Below, in pieces: positions 23,502 to 36,449 of a stretch of DNA of 64,000 nt (position 1 is the stretch's first letter; each line of letters starts with the position of its first letter). The position numbers and the translations under genes are program-made. Below the pieces are notes generated by a model. It was not told where the DNA came from, ran no database searches, and saw only the letters and a list, made by a program, of their open reading frames with translations. The DNA is from Felis catus (taxonomy: Eukaryota), in NCBI RefSeq assembly GCF_018350175.1, contig NC_058382.1, positions 58,716,001 to 58,780,000 on the forward strand. The letters are read 5' to 3'.

Positions 23502-23855
23502 AAGGTGACCATTTGTTATCTCGGTCAGGACGCTTTTTTTTTTTTTTTTTTAATTTTTTTTTTTTTAATTTTTTTTTTTCAACGTTTATTTATTTTTGGG
23601 ACAGAGAGAGACAGAGCATGAACGGGGAGGGGCAGAGAGAGAGGGAGACACAGAATCGGAAACAGGCTCCAGGCTCTGAGCCATCAGCCCAGAGCCCGAC
23701 GCGGGGCTCGAACTCCCGGACCACGAGATCGTGACCTGGCTGAAGTCGGACGCTTAACCGACTGCGCCACCCAGGCGCCCCAGGACGCTTTTGAGAATAA
23801 AAAGGTGCCGTAGCCACAGTGCCAGGACCGAGGGGCAACTTGGGCTGCCCCCCTG
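23502..23855. mobile_element. MER81-like hAT-Blackjack element split by a Can-SINE
   Basis: aggtgaccatttgttatc..caggacgcttttgagaataaaaaggtgcc...gccaggac once the SINE is removed. Confidence 0.6.
23534..23781 (-). mobile_element. Young full-length Can-SINE
   Basis: Long T-tail, near-consensus body; TSD aggacgctttt on both sides. Confidence 0.98.
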
Positions 23856-24867
23856 TATTTGTGGGGATGGGCGATGGCGTGTGGGGGACACGGCCCAGCC
23901 TGGGAGCCGGCGGCCTGGGGCACACCCCTGGGCTCTGCAGGTGCTCGGCCCGGGGCCGGGGCCAGGCGTCCTGCGTGCAGCCCCTTCAACCAGAGCCTCA
24001 GAGCCGCCTCTCCCCGTCGGCAGGCGGGAAGGAGCCCCCCGGAGACGGTTCAGGGGGACGTCCACCTCCCTGCACGCTCTCCTTGTCACAACGAAGGATT
24101 TCAGACCGCATCTACAACTCCACAGATACACACTGAAAGCATAAAAATTAGGGCAGTCCCAAGTCACATTTTCTGCCAGACGTGGGTTTTGTAAACCCTG
24201 CTGTTGAGACCAGCCGAGGCCGCCACATTTCTCCCTTGTCACCGAATGTGCTGGTCTCACCCGGGGAGGAGGGACACAGCTTTTGCACAGCGCGCCTGGC
24301 CAGTGGCTCCGCATGGCCCTCCCTGTCCTGGGGGAAACGGTCTGCCGTCCTCACGGGAAGACCTCCATCTGCCATTTCTCCCAGGGGTCGTTTGATTGTT
24401 GCTGTTTTGTGGGAGGGAGAACGTGAGCCCTACGTCTGGTCATTCATTTCAAACAACGCGAGGACAGAGAGAGACCTCTTGTGCACGTTTCTATCTAATG
24501 AACCAACTCCAACATTGCCAGAATGAAAGGTGTTTTACTCACAAGACCCCGAATGAAGATGCTCTCACTGACCCCATTCAAATTAGCGATCGGGTTTGAG
24601 CTGTTACAAAAATCCTTGTCGTTCATTTTGGTTTGTGCCGTGTCTGGGTTTGAGCCACTCTGGAGACCCTTTTACCGCGCTCTGGCTTGTGCTGTGTCCA
24701 CATCCATAGTAACCCTAACAATGTATTCTGGCAAGTATGATCCATTGTCCCTGAGATGACGACGTACATTTAATGGGCGTAAATATGCAAACAGGTGAAG
24801 TATCCGTGTCGGGTGACGTTACATTAAAATAGGCTTTCCATAGTGGCTTTGCCTACCAAAAGTTTGC

Positions 24868-25035
24868 TTTTTAATTTGTTTTTAATGTTTATTTTATTTT
24901 TCAGAGAGAGAGACAGAGCGGGAGCAGGGGAGGGGCAGAGAGAGAGGGAGACACAGAACCTGATGCAGGTTCCAGGCTCCGCGCTGTCAGCACAGAGCCC
25001 GACGCGGGGCTCGAACCCACGAACCGTAAGATCAC
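24868..25035 (-). mobile_element. 5'-truncated Can-SINE
   Basis: Tail and body through cgacgcggggctcgaacccacgaaccgtaagatcac; head absent. Confidence 0.9.
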
Positions 25036-25166
25036 AAACACGCGTTTCTCACCTTGGCGAGCAAATGTTAATTGTGTTTAAGTACGAGAACCAAGAAGGC
25101 TTTGGAAATTTTGTGGAGATTACTATTTTTCCTGAAACTTGCCTTTTTTGTCTCTAGCTATTTCAT

Positions 25167-25168
<2 letters not shown>

Positions 25169-25211
<43 letters not shown>

Positions 25212-25272
25212 TGTGTGCGTGTGTGTGTGTGTGTGAGATACAAAGAGAGAGAGAGAGACAGAGAAAGAGAGA
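25169..25272. repeat. (GT)n followed by (GA)n compound microsatellite
   Basis: Read directly. Confidence 0.95.
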
Positions 25273-27449
25273 CTTAAGAACTTCAAAATTAAAGGTTGAG
25301 AAACACCAGATGAAGGGTCTCGATCTTTGTAGCTTCTATTTCTTTGAAAATGTCCCAGAAAAAGTTCTTCCTTTTTGCAGGATGTAGCTTCCCCACAAAT
25401 CCTGAAATTCCTTTGTTTAACACAAAAACAAAACAAAACAAAACTTGTGGCTTTTCTCAAAATGACAAACCAGACACACGGAATATGAAATCCCCAGAAC
25501 ACAGCCAGGACCATAAACCTTCGGACTCAACAAGCGGGTTTTATGGGGACCCCAGTAAAACCGAAAGGACGCGGTAAATGAAGAGCCCACCGCGTCTCCT
25601 GTGCAGCTGTGTCTCTGGGACGACAAGCGTCCGAGGGCGCCAGATGGAACCAGGGTTCTCGCCGTTCTGGTGGCTCATGGGCAGACCCCCCAAACAGCTG
25701 AGATGCCCGGGTTTCCTCCCGTCGGTCCGGATGGAATGCAGCCGGGAGGTGGAGATAGGGCACGCTCACCCCAAAGCGTTTCTCCAAACTGCCGCCCCAA
25801 ACAGGTGTGTAAATATTTGGCACAAACAGGGGAAGTAACTGGCAGAACAGGGCAACTAGCGACCCCCGAGGATGTTAATATTGCGGATGTCGAGGGCAGA
25901 GGGGGAGGGATTTAACGTCTCGGAGCTGACGCGCTGGCATCCACCGAATACTTGTGATTAAAAACGCTGCCGGCCCCCACCGCTGGGACTGGTGGGGAGG
26001 GGGCCCACCCGCAGCGGGAGCTCCCCAGGCCCGGACTCCACTCGGTCGCTTGAACCCACCGGACGCTGGACAAGCCACCTCATCAAGCCCAGTTCTGCAG
26101 CCAAAAATCAGGATAATTCCCTCTTTCAACCCCCTCTCTGGGGATCCTGGGAAGAGGAGAGGAGACAGAGAGAGAAGGCACCGGGGATGATGTTTAACCG
26201 GGAGGGTGTTGCGCGTGCTTTTCTAACAAGAAAAGCGATTCTGCCCTTTGCATGGGTTGCTGCCTGCCCAGCCCCATGCTCGCCTCTGCCCTCAGGTCTC
26301 CCAACATCCCACAGGCTGGCTGCCTTCCTCCCTCTGACCGGAAGCCACTGCCCCCTGGAAGGGCCCTGCCATTTGCTCTCGGGTGTTGCAAAAATTCCCC
26401 GGAAAACTGGCGGTGTCCAGAGGGCGCCGTCGGCGGGCGCAGGAGCGCGTGGGGCAAAGGTACGTTCGCGCCCTTCTCGGCCCGAGGTGTCCTGGCCTCT
26501 AGACTCTCGCACACGCTCGTGCACACGCTCCCACACACCCAGATGGCACGCACCAGCCGACCCCTCTCCGAACAACACGCTTTAGGAAGCAGGGGTTTTC
26601 CAGCCTCCTGGTCCTGGTGCAGCACTGGCTTCCTGGGTGGCACCTGCCGGGTCTATTCTCACGTCTCAGGGCACCGGGGCGCTATGTCCTACAGCCCGGG
26701 TCCCTCGGGGAGCACTGGCCGGCCGGCCATGCCCGGCATTTCCGTGCCGTTTGAGGGCGACTCCAGCACCGGGCCATTACCCCACGAGGGTCCGCCCTGC
26801 ACAGCGTGAGCTCTGGACACCCAGTGCTGAGTAACCGGCCGGGCCGGGCTGTGCTGACCCGGGCTTCTGAATCCCTTTTATAGAGGTTCATTTGCGGGGC
26901 GCGCAGGCAGCCTTCCAGGTGGCTGGCACTGACCTCGCCAGGGTCTCTCTCCATGCCCCCGGGCACAGCCAGGCTGGAGGCTGGGTCTCTCCATCACTCT
27001 GAGGCTGCAGACCGAAAGAGCATCGGCAGTCAGAGCCAGGGGCTGGGTCACAGTAATCTTGTGGCTGGAACCCCGGATGTGTGAAGGGCCCCTTTCCCGA
27101 AGCGGGGCTGGCTCCCGGAGAGGTTTTGGAGGCACCGTCCGCGGAGGGGCTTGCAGCCCAGCTGCAGAATCACTCAGCCCCCTAGCCAGCACCTGCACGG
27201 CCAGGACCCCCGCAGAGGAGGTCAGCCCCAAGCATCCGTCCACGGGGTCACCTCACGTCTGAGCCCTTTGGAGTGGAGGGAGTGCTACATCCTGCGCGAG
27301 GCCCCAGCCCGCAGGAGAAGGGCGGGGGACGGGGTATGAGAGGCGGGGGCAGGGGGCAGCCGGCACAGCCGGGACGGGACGAGAAGGCGTGGGGCGGGAC
27401 TCCAGACGGCTGCCCTTCGCTTGCCCATTGGGCGACCCTGGAACACTCC

Positions 27450-27830
27450 ACAGGTATTAGTTGAGCACCTACTACGAGCCACAAGACACTGAGGCCGTGA
27501 CGGCACACAGGACAAGCTCCCGGTCCGGTTGGGGTGCGGGCCGGAGATGAACAGACGTCGGGTCACGGTGAGAGCCGGTTTTAAGGGGAGAAGGAGACGT
27601 GGGGTGGGCGGGAGAGGCTCTCAGAGGAAGGATGTTGCTAGCCGCCCCTGTGGAAGTTTGGGGAAGGCCATTCCAGAAAGCGGGAAAGCGCAAAGTGGAA
27701 GTGATGAGCAGCAGGTGCTTGGGGAGGCAGACGTCCGTGTGGCTGAGTCGAGGGGAGGAGCGGGAGGTGTGGTCGGGGGCAGTCGAGGAGGACGGCGTGG
27801 GGCCCGCAAGATGACCGAGCCCCATGGGGC
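27450..27830 (-). mobile_element. L2 3' fragment
   Basis: gtattagttgagcacctactacgagcca...ggaaggccattccagaaagcgggaaagcgcaaag. Confidence 0.6.
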
Positions 27831-28454
27831 CGCCCAGCGGACATATCGATGCTTTTTAACCCAACACTATAACCGCGAGCAATACAGTTTTGCATTTTTA
27901 TTAATATGCTATGAGCATCTCTCCTTGTAATAAAAGTTCTCAGGTTAAATAAAAAGTCCTAAAAAAAATACAGAGCATGAGGACAGACGCAGCCTGCGGT
28001 GTTTATGGAATGGGGTGGAGAGTGGGCAGGTGGGGCCCCCGGGGCCCCAGGACACACCTGATCTGGACCCCACCACCTCCCCCCACCGCACCACAGAGTC
28101 CTTCCTGCCTTCTTGGCCGACCACCCCACACCCAGCCATGTGGTTCCAGCTCAACACCCCAAATTTAAGACACTTCCAAGAATAAATCTCACGGACACTG
28201 ACTACGCACTCACGGAGGCCGAACACAGCTCTTGGTGTCGGAGACGCTGTGCCCGATTCCCTTCCTCCTCGGAGCTCAGGTTCAGGAACCAGTCCCTTCT
28301 GGAACTTTCTAGTAACCAGTTGAGCCAGGTGTCTGCGCTTTGGGGTTAATACCTTTAGGAAGCCTGACGATTTCATTTCACTTTTCATCTGGATATTCTC
28401 ACAATCCGTGGGGAGGTTAACAACGATTCCTTTGAAAAAGGTATTTTCGGAGGT

Positions 28455-28615
28455 GAGGTGAGATGTTTGGAAACAGAGAGCAGGGGTGGTTGCACAACAC
28501 CGGGGCCGGGGCCGGGGGTGGCGGGTAAGTCATGCCGTTGAATTGTATGCCTAAAAACGGTTAGAACTGAAAATTTCGTGTTATGTGTATGTTACCACAA
28601 TTTTTTTTAAAAAAA
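28455..28615 (+). mobile_element. L1MA/L1MB 3' terminus
   Basis: ggtggttgcacaacac...gccgttgaattgtatgcctaaaaacggtta...gttatgtgtatgttaccacaa. Confidence 0.85.
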
Positions 28616-30039
28616 AGTTAATAATATCATGAACCCAAACTCATTGAATTGTCGACCAGTTCATGATACCTGCATTTAGATCTCAAGCTGTTTAAAAGAT
28701 AAACAGAAATAAATCAACTTTTATAAAGGTACCTTTAAAAAATGGTACAGCCCAGAACGGGAAGATGAAACTCTCCCGGTCGTCACGGACATTGCAGGAA
28801 GGAATCTTACACTCTTTGCTCATTTTTGTTTCTTGTGAACTGAGCCTTTGCTCAACAGACAAGCCAAAGGCCCCGCGGAGAGCGGCCAGCCGGGTCTTGC
28901 CGGAGAGACCTTTGGCGAGTTGGTTCACAATCAATTTCATCACTGCCGACAAGCGAGAAGGTTGGACAGGTTCTAGAAATCAACTGGCCTCGGACGTAAC
29001 TCGACACCCCACTGGCTCAGTCACTCTGCTCTCCCCTCTCTCTACGCCAATTATTACGACTTGGTTTCTATGTTTTTTATAATCCTAGAGCTCACAAGCG
29101 CCTCTGTGAAGGCGAAAATCCCCACAGCGCAGACGTGTAGCCCGGCAGAGAAATGATCCCAGTTTGCCCCCCAAAGGCTAACGTCCACATGGGTTGTTGG
29201 TTCAACCAACCCCTCAAAGACCCCGGATCCCCGCAAAGGTGGATTGTACAGAGATCAAAATGTGCGGTGGGTGGGACCCGCTCCGACACCACGCGGTGGG
29301 GGCGGGGTGGGGGTGGGGGGATGGCAAAGGGCCGGGCCGGTTCCCCCAAAGGAGCAGTGTGGTCTCACTTTGGTTTCGGTTAACCTTAGGAACGACGCCT
29401 TTCTCTGCTGCTGGCTTGAGCGAAGGCAGCACGGCCCCGGCAAATGGCATTTCTGGTAATTGGCACTGATGATCACCAAACCCGCAGGGCTGAGGTCGCC
29501 ACCCTGGGTGCGGCTGATTTAGGTGAAATCGAACAGCGCGGATGTGACCGCAGACCCGGCTGAAAGGCGAAAGCCCCGGGACGAGCTGGCTCCTGGTTCA
29601 AGGAGACTAGAGGCCTCGCCGTCTTCCAAATCAGGACCGAGTCCACGCCCAGTCTGGGGCTCCCCCGCTGGCGAGGGCTCAGGGGTACAGGGGGAGTGGC
29701 CTGAAGGACAACGCATTTACTGAACCCAGGAAGATTCTCGGGGAGCGGGGCTGAGCCTGGCCAACGCCCTCCACGATGCCCACGCAGCACGGGACGGCCA
29801 GACTCCCGGCTGGCACGGGAGGTGTGTCCCTCATCAGCAATGACAACATCATCACTACAGGACCTCATACTGCGCACGCTTAGCCTGACCGTGTCTCGGT
29901 TCTCCTTGGCATTTGGGGAGAATTCTTCCTTAGGTCCCTACCTCGAACGTCCACGTCAACCTGCAAACACACGGCTCCTGCATAAACTCCCTTTATGTGG
30001 GATCATTCCTATGAGGGGCCGAGATTCCACGGAAACTCG

Positions 30040-30400
30040 GAGGAAGGAGGCCTGATGCAGCCTTAGAGGTCAGGGGAGGCTTTCTGGAGCAGGTGCACCA
30101 GAGCAGAATCTTGAAGACGTAAGGACCCTCGGCGACCAGGGCGAAGGACGGTAGCCGGAAGCAGCAGGCGTGCAAAGGCTCAAAGGCAGGAAATCACCAG
30201 GAACTCCCGGTCCCCAGGGTGGTGCCTGCACAAGTGGGGAGGGGGCTTGCAGGGGAGGTGGGAGCGAGAAGCTGAGGGGAACCCCGGGTACGGGGCCTGC
30301 AGGGAGGGCGGCCCCGGAGGGTGTGATCCGGGCCGTGTTAGGACCCCGGCTCTTGGCCTCTGCAAGGGGGATTGCAAGGGCATGAGGCTTCCAGTCTGGA
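30040..30400 (-). mobile_element. L2 fragment
   Basis: ggtcaggggaggctttctggagcaggtg...cagcaggcgtgcaaaggc. Confidence 0.7.
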
Positions 30401-31019
30401 GGCTGTGACAATAGACCGGGAAAGAGGGGGCGGATGTGGGCAGCGGGGACAGCAGAGTTCCGGGAGAAGGATCTAGGACGTTGCCTTCCGGGTCTCTGCC
30501 GTCCTCCGCCCCTGTGCCCCCTGAGTCCAGGGTGAGCACAGCTTCGGGGAAAACAGGGAGACCGAGCAGGACAGGGACCAGGAATCCTCCTTCCCCCCTG
30601 GGGTTCCCCTGGGAGGTCACATTGGGTGGGCGTGTCCTCAATCTGAGGTCACTGTTTCCCTCACGGCGGTCACTTCTACACCAAACTCTCTCCCGAGTCT
30701 TGCCATCTCTCCTTCCCCTTGTCCCCCAAGTCCCCTTGTCCCCTACCCCCCCTTTGTGCTCTCCCCCCGGGGGCCCCCACACCCCAACCCCACCTGAATA
30801 GAATTCTCTTTGTCGACAGACCCTCCTGAAATTCTCCTGATGCGAGTGGCCTGTCTCCTGTTGACCCTGACACCAAGCGGTACATCTGCTTCTCAGAAGC
30901 TCCTTGTCACCCCCCAGGTCCCGGCCATGCTTCTGCTCCTGTGTGCCAGCACCGAGCAGAGAACAGTGCAGACGGGGTCTCTGCTCCCACAGTTACAGCG
31001 CAGGGCGGCCTCGGGGCCC

Positions 31020-31145
31020 CTGCATATAAGCAGACTCCGGGGCCTGGATCCCGGTCGGTGAGCCAGACCCTCTGGGGAAGGGGCCCTGAGTCCGAAGTTC
31101 CAGCCGGACTCTCAGGGGTCTTGTCCGCACTGAGGTCTGGCCCCT
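31020..31145. mobile_element. MER5A-like hAT fragment
   Basis: aagcagactccggggcc...tgagccagaccctctggggaaggggccctgagtccg. Confidence 0.5.
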
Positions 31146-32514
31146 CCCACGGGCCACGGGCCACGGGATGTTCCTTCACGTTCCCGGTGACACCTTGCAC
31201 GAAGCAGGACTACGTCCCATCTGGTGTGCACAGAAGTGACATCCCAGACGGGGGACCTCGTAACCGGTCAGCAACCCCGTGAGGGGCCGGGCGGGACCCA
31301 GGCCATCCGAGCCCGGGGTTCAAGGTTTGGAAAGTCCCCGCTGAACGGTTTCCTGCGGTTTGTATCTCCAGTCCCAGAACTCACACAGCACCAGAGTCAC
31401 AGTAACGACCTGGAATCTGTTGTGCAGGTACCAACAACGCTCACACTCTCTTCCTCTTTTCTCTCCCTCCCCCCAAAAGGTTAGCAAGTCCGGCTTTGTG
31501 AAAATCTAGATTAATCTGTTAGAAGAGAAGCCGGGGGCAATTGGCCATTTTATCGGAAGCCACGTAAGTTTACTGAGCGCGTCGGCGTATCTGCAGCACG
31601 TCGATCAATGAGAAAAGCGCGAAATGCTCGTGGTTTGAAGCGAGGCGCGGTGTGCCTCTTTGGAGACCCCGGAAGCCCCGACTATCTGCTTCCGGGGCTT
31701 TCCGTCCGTCCAAGATCGGCGCCCTGTGCCACGTGCTGGGGGCTCCGGGCGTGAGGGGATCGTTCCGTCTCACACGTCCACACCCTCCACCTCGACATGT
31801 TTCTAAAAGAGACAAAACAGAGCAGGACAGAACAGGCCCTCTCCTCCCCTCGCTGGCCGAACGCAGCATTTGATACGTCGCAACAGGTTAAATGTCGGCA
31901 CCGCTGATGAGAACACCACCGCACAAAATAAAAGCCCTGATTTGCTTTCCCTTTGGATTGGATTTCCAAACGGGTCAAACATTTACAGAAACGGCCCAAA
32001 CTGTACAAATAAACCGTAGGTCTAGAAGGGAAGGCAGTTTACATTACTCCGGGCCAGATGACTCCGGGAGCCACAGCCCTGGCCCTTTGAAAACCACTTT
32101 GCGCGGCGTCCGTGAGCTCTGTGCCCCATCTGGGATCCCTCAACCCTCCCCCCCACCACCAAAGAGCTTCAGGAAGAGCACCGTGATCCTACAAATCCCC
32201 CGCCCCATTCACACTCCAGCTGGGCGGCTCTGTCCCCCACCAGCTCACAAAAACAAGGGTTTCAGCCCGGAATCCCAGGACACCCACACGGCACGGCCTG
32301 CACCACGTCCCTTCCCTCCCTCGTGTCCCACACATGTGAGCCCGAGTCCCACGCACAGCTGGTGCTCACCTGTGTTTCCTAGATGAGGACCCAGGTTCTG
32401 ATGGTCGGAGGGCCCTGTGTGGGCAGAGTGGGCCTGTGTCCCTGCTTGTCAGAATGATGCCCAGCTGGTTCTTGGGCTACTGTGTCTCAGGTCCAAAGCA
32501 CCTGCTCTAGGTTG

Positions 32515-32516
<2 letters not shown>

Positions 32517-32560
<44 letters not shown>
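32517..32560. repeat. (GT)22 microsatellite
   Basis: Read directly. Confidence 0.98.
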
Positions 32561-32563
<3 letters not shown>

Positions 32564-32635
32564 AATCCGGGTGGCCCGACCCGGAATGACTAGTGTCCTT
32601 ATAAGAAGACAGATGTGGATTCACACACACACACA

Positions 32636-32673
<38 letters not shown>

Positions 32674-32895
32674 GAAATGGTCATGTAAAGACAGAGGCAG
32701 AGGCCGGAGGGAGGCGGCCACCAGCCCAGGGACGTGGGGAGCTCCCAGGACCTGGAAGAGGCAGGAAGGACCCTCCCGAGGGAGTACAGCCCTTCCCACA
32801 CCTTGATTTTGGACTTCTGGCTCCAGAAGGCAAGAGAATTCATTTGTGTTGTTTTAAGCCACCAGTTTGGGGCTCTTTGTTACTGAGCCTACTGT
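32561..32895 (+). mobile_element. MLT1 (MaLR) LTR containing (CA)n at 32622-32671
   Basis: aatgactagtgtccttataagaag...catgtaaagacagaggcagag...acaccttgattttggacttctggctccagaa...ttgttttaagccaccagtttg. Confidence 0.92.
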
Positions 32896-35429
32896 CTATA
32901 GGCTGTGCCGATGCCACCGGGTGGGGGTGGAGGGTGTCCTCCGTGGTGGCATGAGGGGGTGGGGATCCCCCTCGGCGCCCCAGAAACCGCAGGGGAGTGG
33001 CAGCTGCCCCCCTCCCCGCCCCCCAGAGCTCGGCTGGCTGGAGGACGGTATCGTCATAAAGGTTTTCTGTTCTGTTCACCCACACTTTTCCTGGTACCTC
33101 GTTCTGGGGGGAGCAATGTCTCCTTGGAGCATCGTTTTGCCTGACGTGCGCTGATGGTTCTGGCTCCCAGGCTCCTCTAGTGCTCTGTCGGGATGTTCGG
33201 GAGGCCCTAGGAAATCCGGGGACGCCACTGCCGACCCCTCCTCCGGGGCCAAAGTCCCGAAGCAGCCTGTCCTCCTCTCTCCATGCTCCCCGTGGCTGGT
33301 CCGTCGTGCTGCGTTCCGGGTTTTCAGTCGCAGGAGGGAGGATCTGGAGCAGGTGTGGAAGGCCACACCTGAACCCGTCTCCCTACTCAGCACCCCTGCT
33401 TTCCACCTGCTTGCCCGCCAAGCTGCCCCTTTCCCTTGGGCTGACCGCTCAGCGCCCAGTTGGCTGCCCGCCCGGGGCTCTCTGGATGAGGCTACCGTTT
33501 CCTCCGAGCCTCCCCGGCCAGTCGGGGTCCGCAGGCACGGTGTGGTGGCATCCCTCCGGGGCACGTGGCCGAGCCTGGCCCCCGCCGGAGGCGGACTCAA
33601 AGCCTGGGCTCTGGTGGCCCCAGGAGGTCTCCCCTCCTGCACCCCGTGCTCTTTGCAGCATCCGGGGCCTCCCGAAGCGGCACTCAGCAGAGAGGCATTC
33701 ACAGCCCTCCTCGGCCTCTGACCGCGCGGGTGGCCCGAGGAAAATCCACCGGCCCGTGCTAAGGCCCCTGCTTGTGCTCACGCGACGTGAGCAGCGGGAA
33801 CGTGGGGCAGAAGAGGTGCTGGTCTGCGGGGGCCGGGGGACAGCAGGGGAGAGCCCGACGTCCAGGCCACTGCCTTGTGACCTGCGAGCCGGGGGTACGT
33901 TACAGAAACAGACCGTAGCACGGAGGCACGTCTCTCTCTGCCCGGTTTTTATGCAAAAGTTACGAGCGCTTCGCAGATGTCGACTGTTACCTAGTCACTC
34001 GCTCACCCGATGACACCTAAACATGAGCGAGGTCTTGTCTTCTCCGTCGTGGTCTGGACGCAATACCAACACTCAGCTGCGGGGAGAGGACGGGTCACAC
34101 ACACGACCGACGAGCGCGTTCGTGGGGCCCACGCGATGATACCAAGTATTTTCAGAGTTACTAATGCTTTCTTCAGTCTATTCTTGTGCCCGCCTTCCCG
34201 GTGGCCTCTTACCAGCGTTTCTGCAGAACGACATTTTCCCGTCACCGAGAACCCTCACCAAGTTCTTTTTCTTTTTCGGTTTTAAATCCCCGTGACTTCA
34301 GACTCACTTTTCTGCATTCGATTTGGGAAAAGGGGCAGCATTTGGAAAGTCCCACAGAAGGGACCAGACACTGTAAGTTGTTTACAAAAAGGACGTCTCT
34401 TCCAGTAACCGAGGCCTTCTAGTCATCGACAGGAGAGGCGGAGGGAGGTAAAGTGGTGGAGATCTGGGGACCCACACTTCTCTTTCTCCTAGTTCGTGTC
34501 CGCAACTGGGCTTCAGAGACAGGTGCAGCCAGGGGAATGCTCTGAGCATCTTCTAGCCGGTCCCCAAGGCAGCCTGGGCTCGGTCTGAAGACGGCCGCTA
34601 TCAGAAGGGAGGCTGGGCAGTTTTTAGGATGAAACTGTGCATCTCCTGAGTGTACGCTTTCCCCGGGACCCCCTCCCAGCGGGGCGTGCTGGCCACGTCC
34701 CTTGAGTAATCCCGCACAAAGAGAGACATTTGTCTGTTTGCGCCCCTCATCCACCGTGGCCGTTTGCGGGTCCTGGCCCCCCGACTGGACCGGCTCTCCG
34801 AAACCTCGCTGCTGTTGGAGATGAGCACGCGAGAGCTCCCAGATTCCTGCCCCCCAGCAAAGACCTGACGTCCCCAGTCCTGACACCCTCCACCCACTGG
34901 TTAATTCCAGCTTGGCTTGTCTGTGTCTAACGTGAGCGAGAAACAGGCCTTGGACCTTTGAGTCTCTGTGACATAAGCTGAACCTTCTTCCTAAATTATG
35001 CAAATGAGATCCTGTCCCCTGCTTGCCAAGAGGGAATGGCCGTGAGCCCACGTAGGCCGGGAGGGCGACAGATGGCCCCATGGGATTCCGGTGGCCCTGA
35101 GTGTGGTGTGGCAGGGGCCAGCACACCCGAAGGACGAAAGGGACAGGGAGGAGGACGCTGTCCGTGGTGACCACGTGGACATCAATACCAAGGGCAGGCG
35201 TGTCTCCCTCCATCTGTCGTTGGCGCTTCAGGGGCCCCGCCTACCGCTCAGACACCATCCGGCGCGGGTGAAGGGCGGCCCCGGAGCCAACAGCTGTCAG
35301 CTGACCAGTGGGACCGAAGCTCGAGCCCAGGGGTAGGTCGAGTTATCAAGAGCCAGAGACACCTTTCTCGTGCAAGTCAGGTTCCGACCAGGAAGACGGC
35401 CGCCTCGATCCCTTCATCGTCCCGTCCCT

Positions 35430-35950
35430 CGCGGACCACAGCTGACATCTCTAGGCGGGCACGCGCCGGCCAGCCCCTTGCAGCCTCCTCTCCTGCTCCT
35501 CCCGCAACCTCAGATACCAGCGGTTGAAGACACTGTCACCTCGAAGGGACTTTCATGTCACAGGTGGAACTCGACAACAGGACCACATCCTCGGCGGGCG
35601 GGCTCCCGCTCGGGGCCACGGGACCGAGGGGCGTTTGCGCACGGCAAGGCTGATCGAGTGCCATCGGATGGATTACATCGGGGACAGGCCATCGTCTGTG
35701 TTGAAGATCAGTCCGTTTCAGATAAGCACCAAATGAAGATGCTGGGCAGGTTCTCCCAGAGCATCACTGCCTTGGACACCTCGAGGCTCCAGGCCACAGT
35801 CGGCCAGAGTCAGCAGTTCTGCCAAGTTGTGTGTAAAAGTGATTTCTCTGCACACAAAATGAGGAAGAGTTCCTGCAATTGCGTGAGGAATATCCGAATG
35901 AGCAGTCCCTTCCGGTACGTTGAGGGGGAACAAGCACAGCAACGTGGACA
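35430..35950 (+). mobile_element. Possible piggyBac-like transposase C-terminal fossil
   Basis: Frameshifted motifs ADH-LTS, RLIE, LGRFSQSITA, FCQVVC...KMRKS occur in the order I recall for PGBD4-type transposases. Confidence 0.35.
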
Positions 35951-36009
35951 TCAGTAAATTTAGGTTCAAATAACCCAGACGTTTGACTCTCTGTGTATGT
36001 ATGTTTCCA

Positions 36010-36115
36010 TTCATCTGTCCGTCCTTCCTTCCTTCCTTCCTTCCTTCCTTCCTTCCTTCCTTCCTTCCTTCCTCTATCCATCCACCCACCCAGCCACCCA
36101 CCCATCCATCCATCT
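36010..36115. repeat. (TTCC)n plus (CATC/CACC)n microsatellite
   Basis: Read directly. Confidence 0.95.
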
Positions 36116-36129
36116 GGATCAGATGTGGT

Positions 36130-36420
36130 TCCTCCCTCCTCTGTCTTGCTAAGAAAACCCCAACTTTGTTTAACTATCCATCCCTCAAGGAGGTGACTCA
36201 GACCTCAGCTCAGGAGCAAATTCCTAGGAGTCTAAGACAGCCATCGTAACCCCACTCCCTCCATCGGTGACTGGTTTAGCAATGGCCATGCTGACCCATT
36301 TCTGACCCATGGGATGTGGGAAATGCTTCCTCTAACTAATGAAGCAGATACAGGACAAAAGGGTCTCCTTTCTGCCCCTGTCCTGGAACTCCCATAGACA
36401 TTGTGACCAGCCTGAGCATC
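36130..36420 (+). mobile_element. LTR16-like (ERVL) LTR fragment
   Basis: cttgctaagaaaaccccaactttgtt...ggtgactggtttagcaatggccatg..gacccatttctgacccatggga. Confidence 0.65.
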
Positions 36421-36449
36421 TCTACACCTTCCTAGACCTGGAAAAGACC

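Noticed and set aside
22499..23621. His/Thr- and Cys/Val-rich ORFs on both strands
   Set aside because: Artefacts of the CA/TG array; not zinc-finger or metallothionein genes.
24370..24560. Peptide YVWSFISNNARTERDLLCTFLSNEP, faintly like hAT/Charlie transposase
   Set aside because: Similarity is too weak and ambiguous in register to call without a profile search.
28502..28520. GGGGCC hexamer repeats
   Set aside because: Only 2-3 units inside an L1 fragment; unremarkable in GC-rich DNA.
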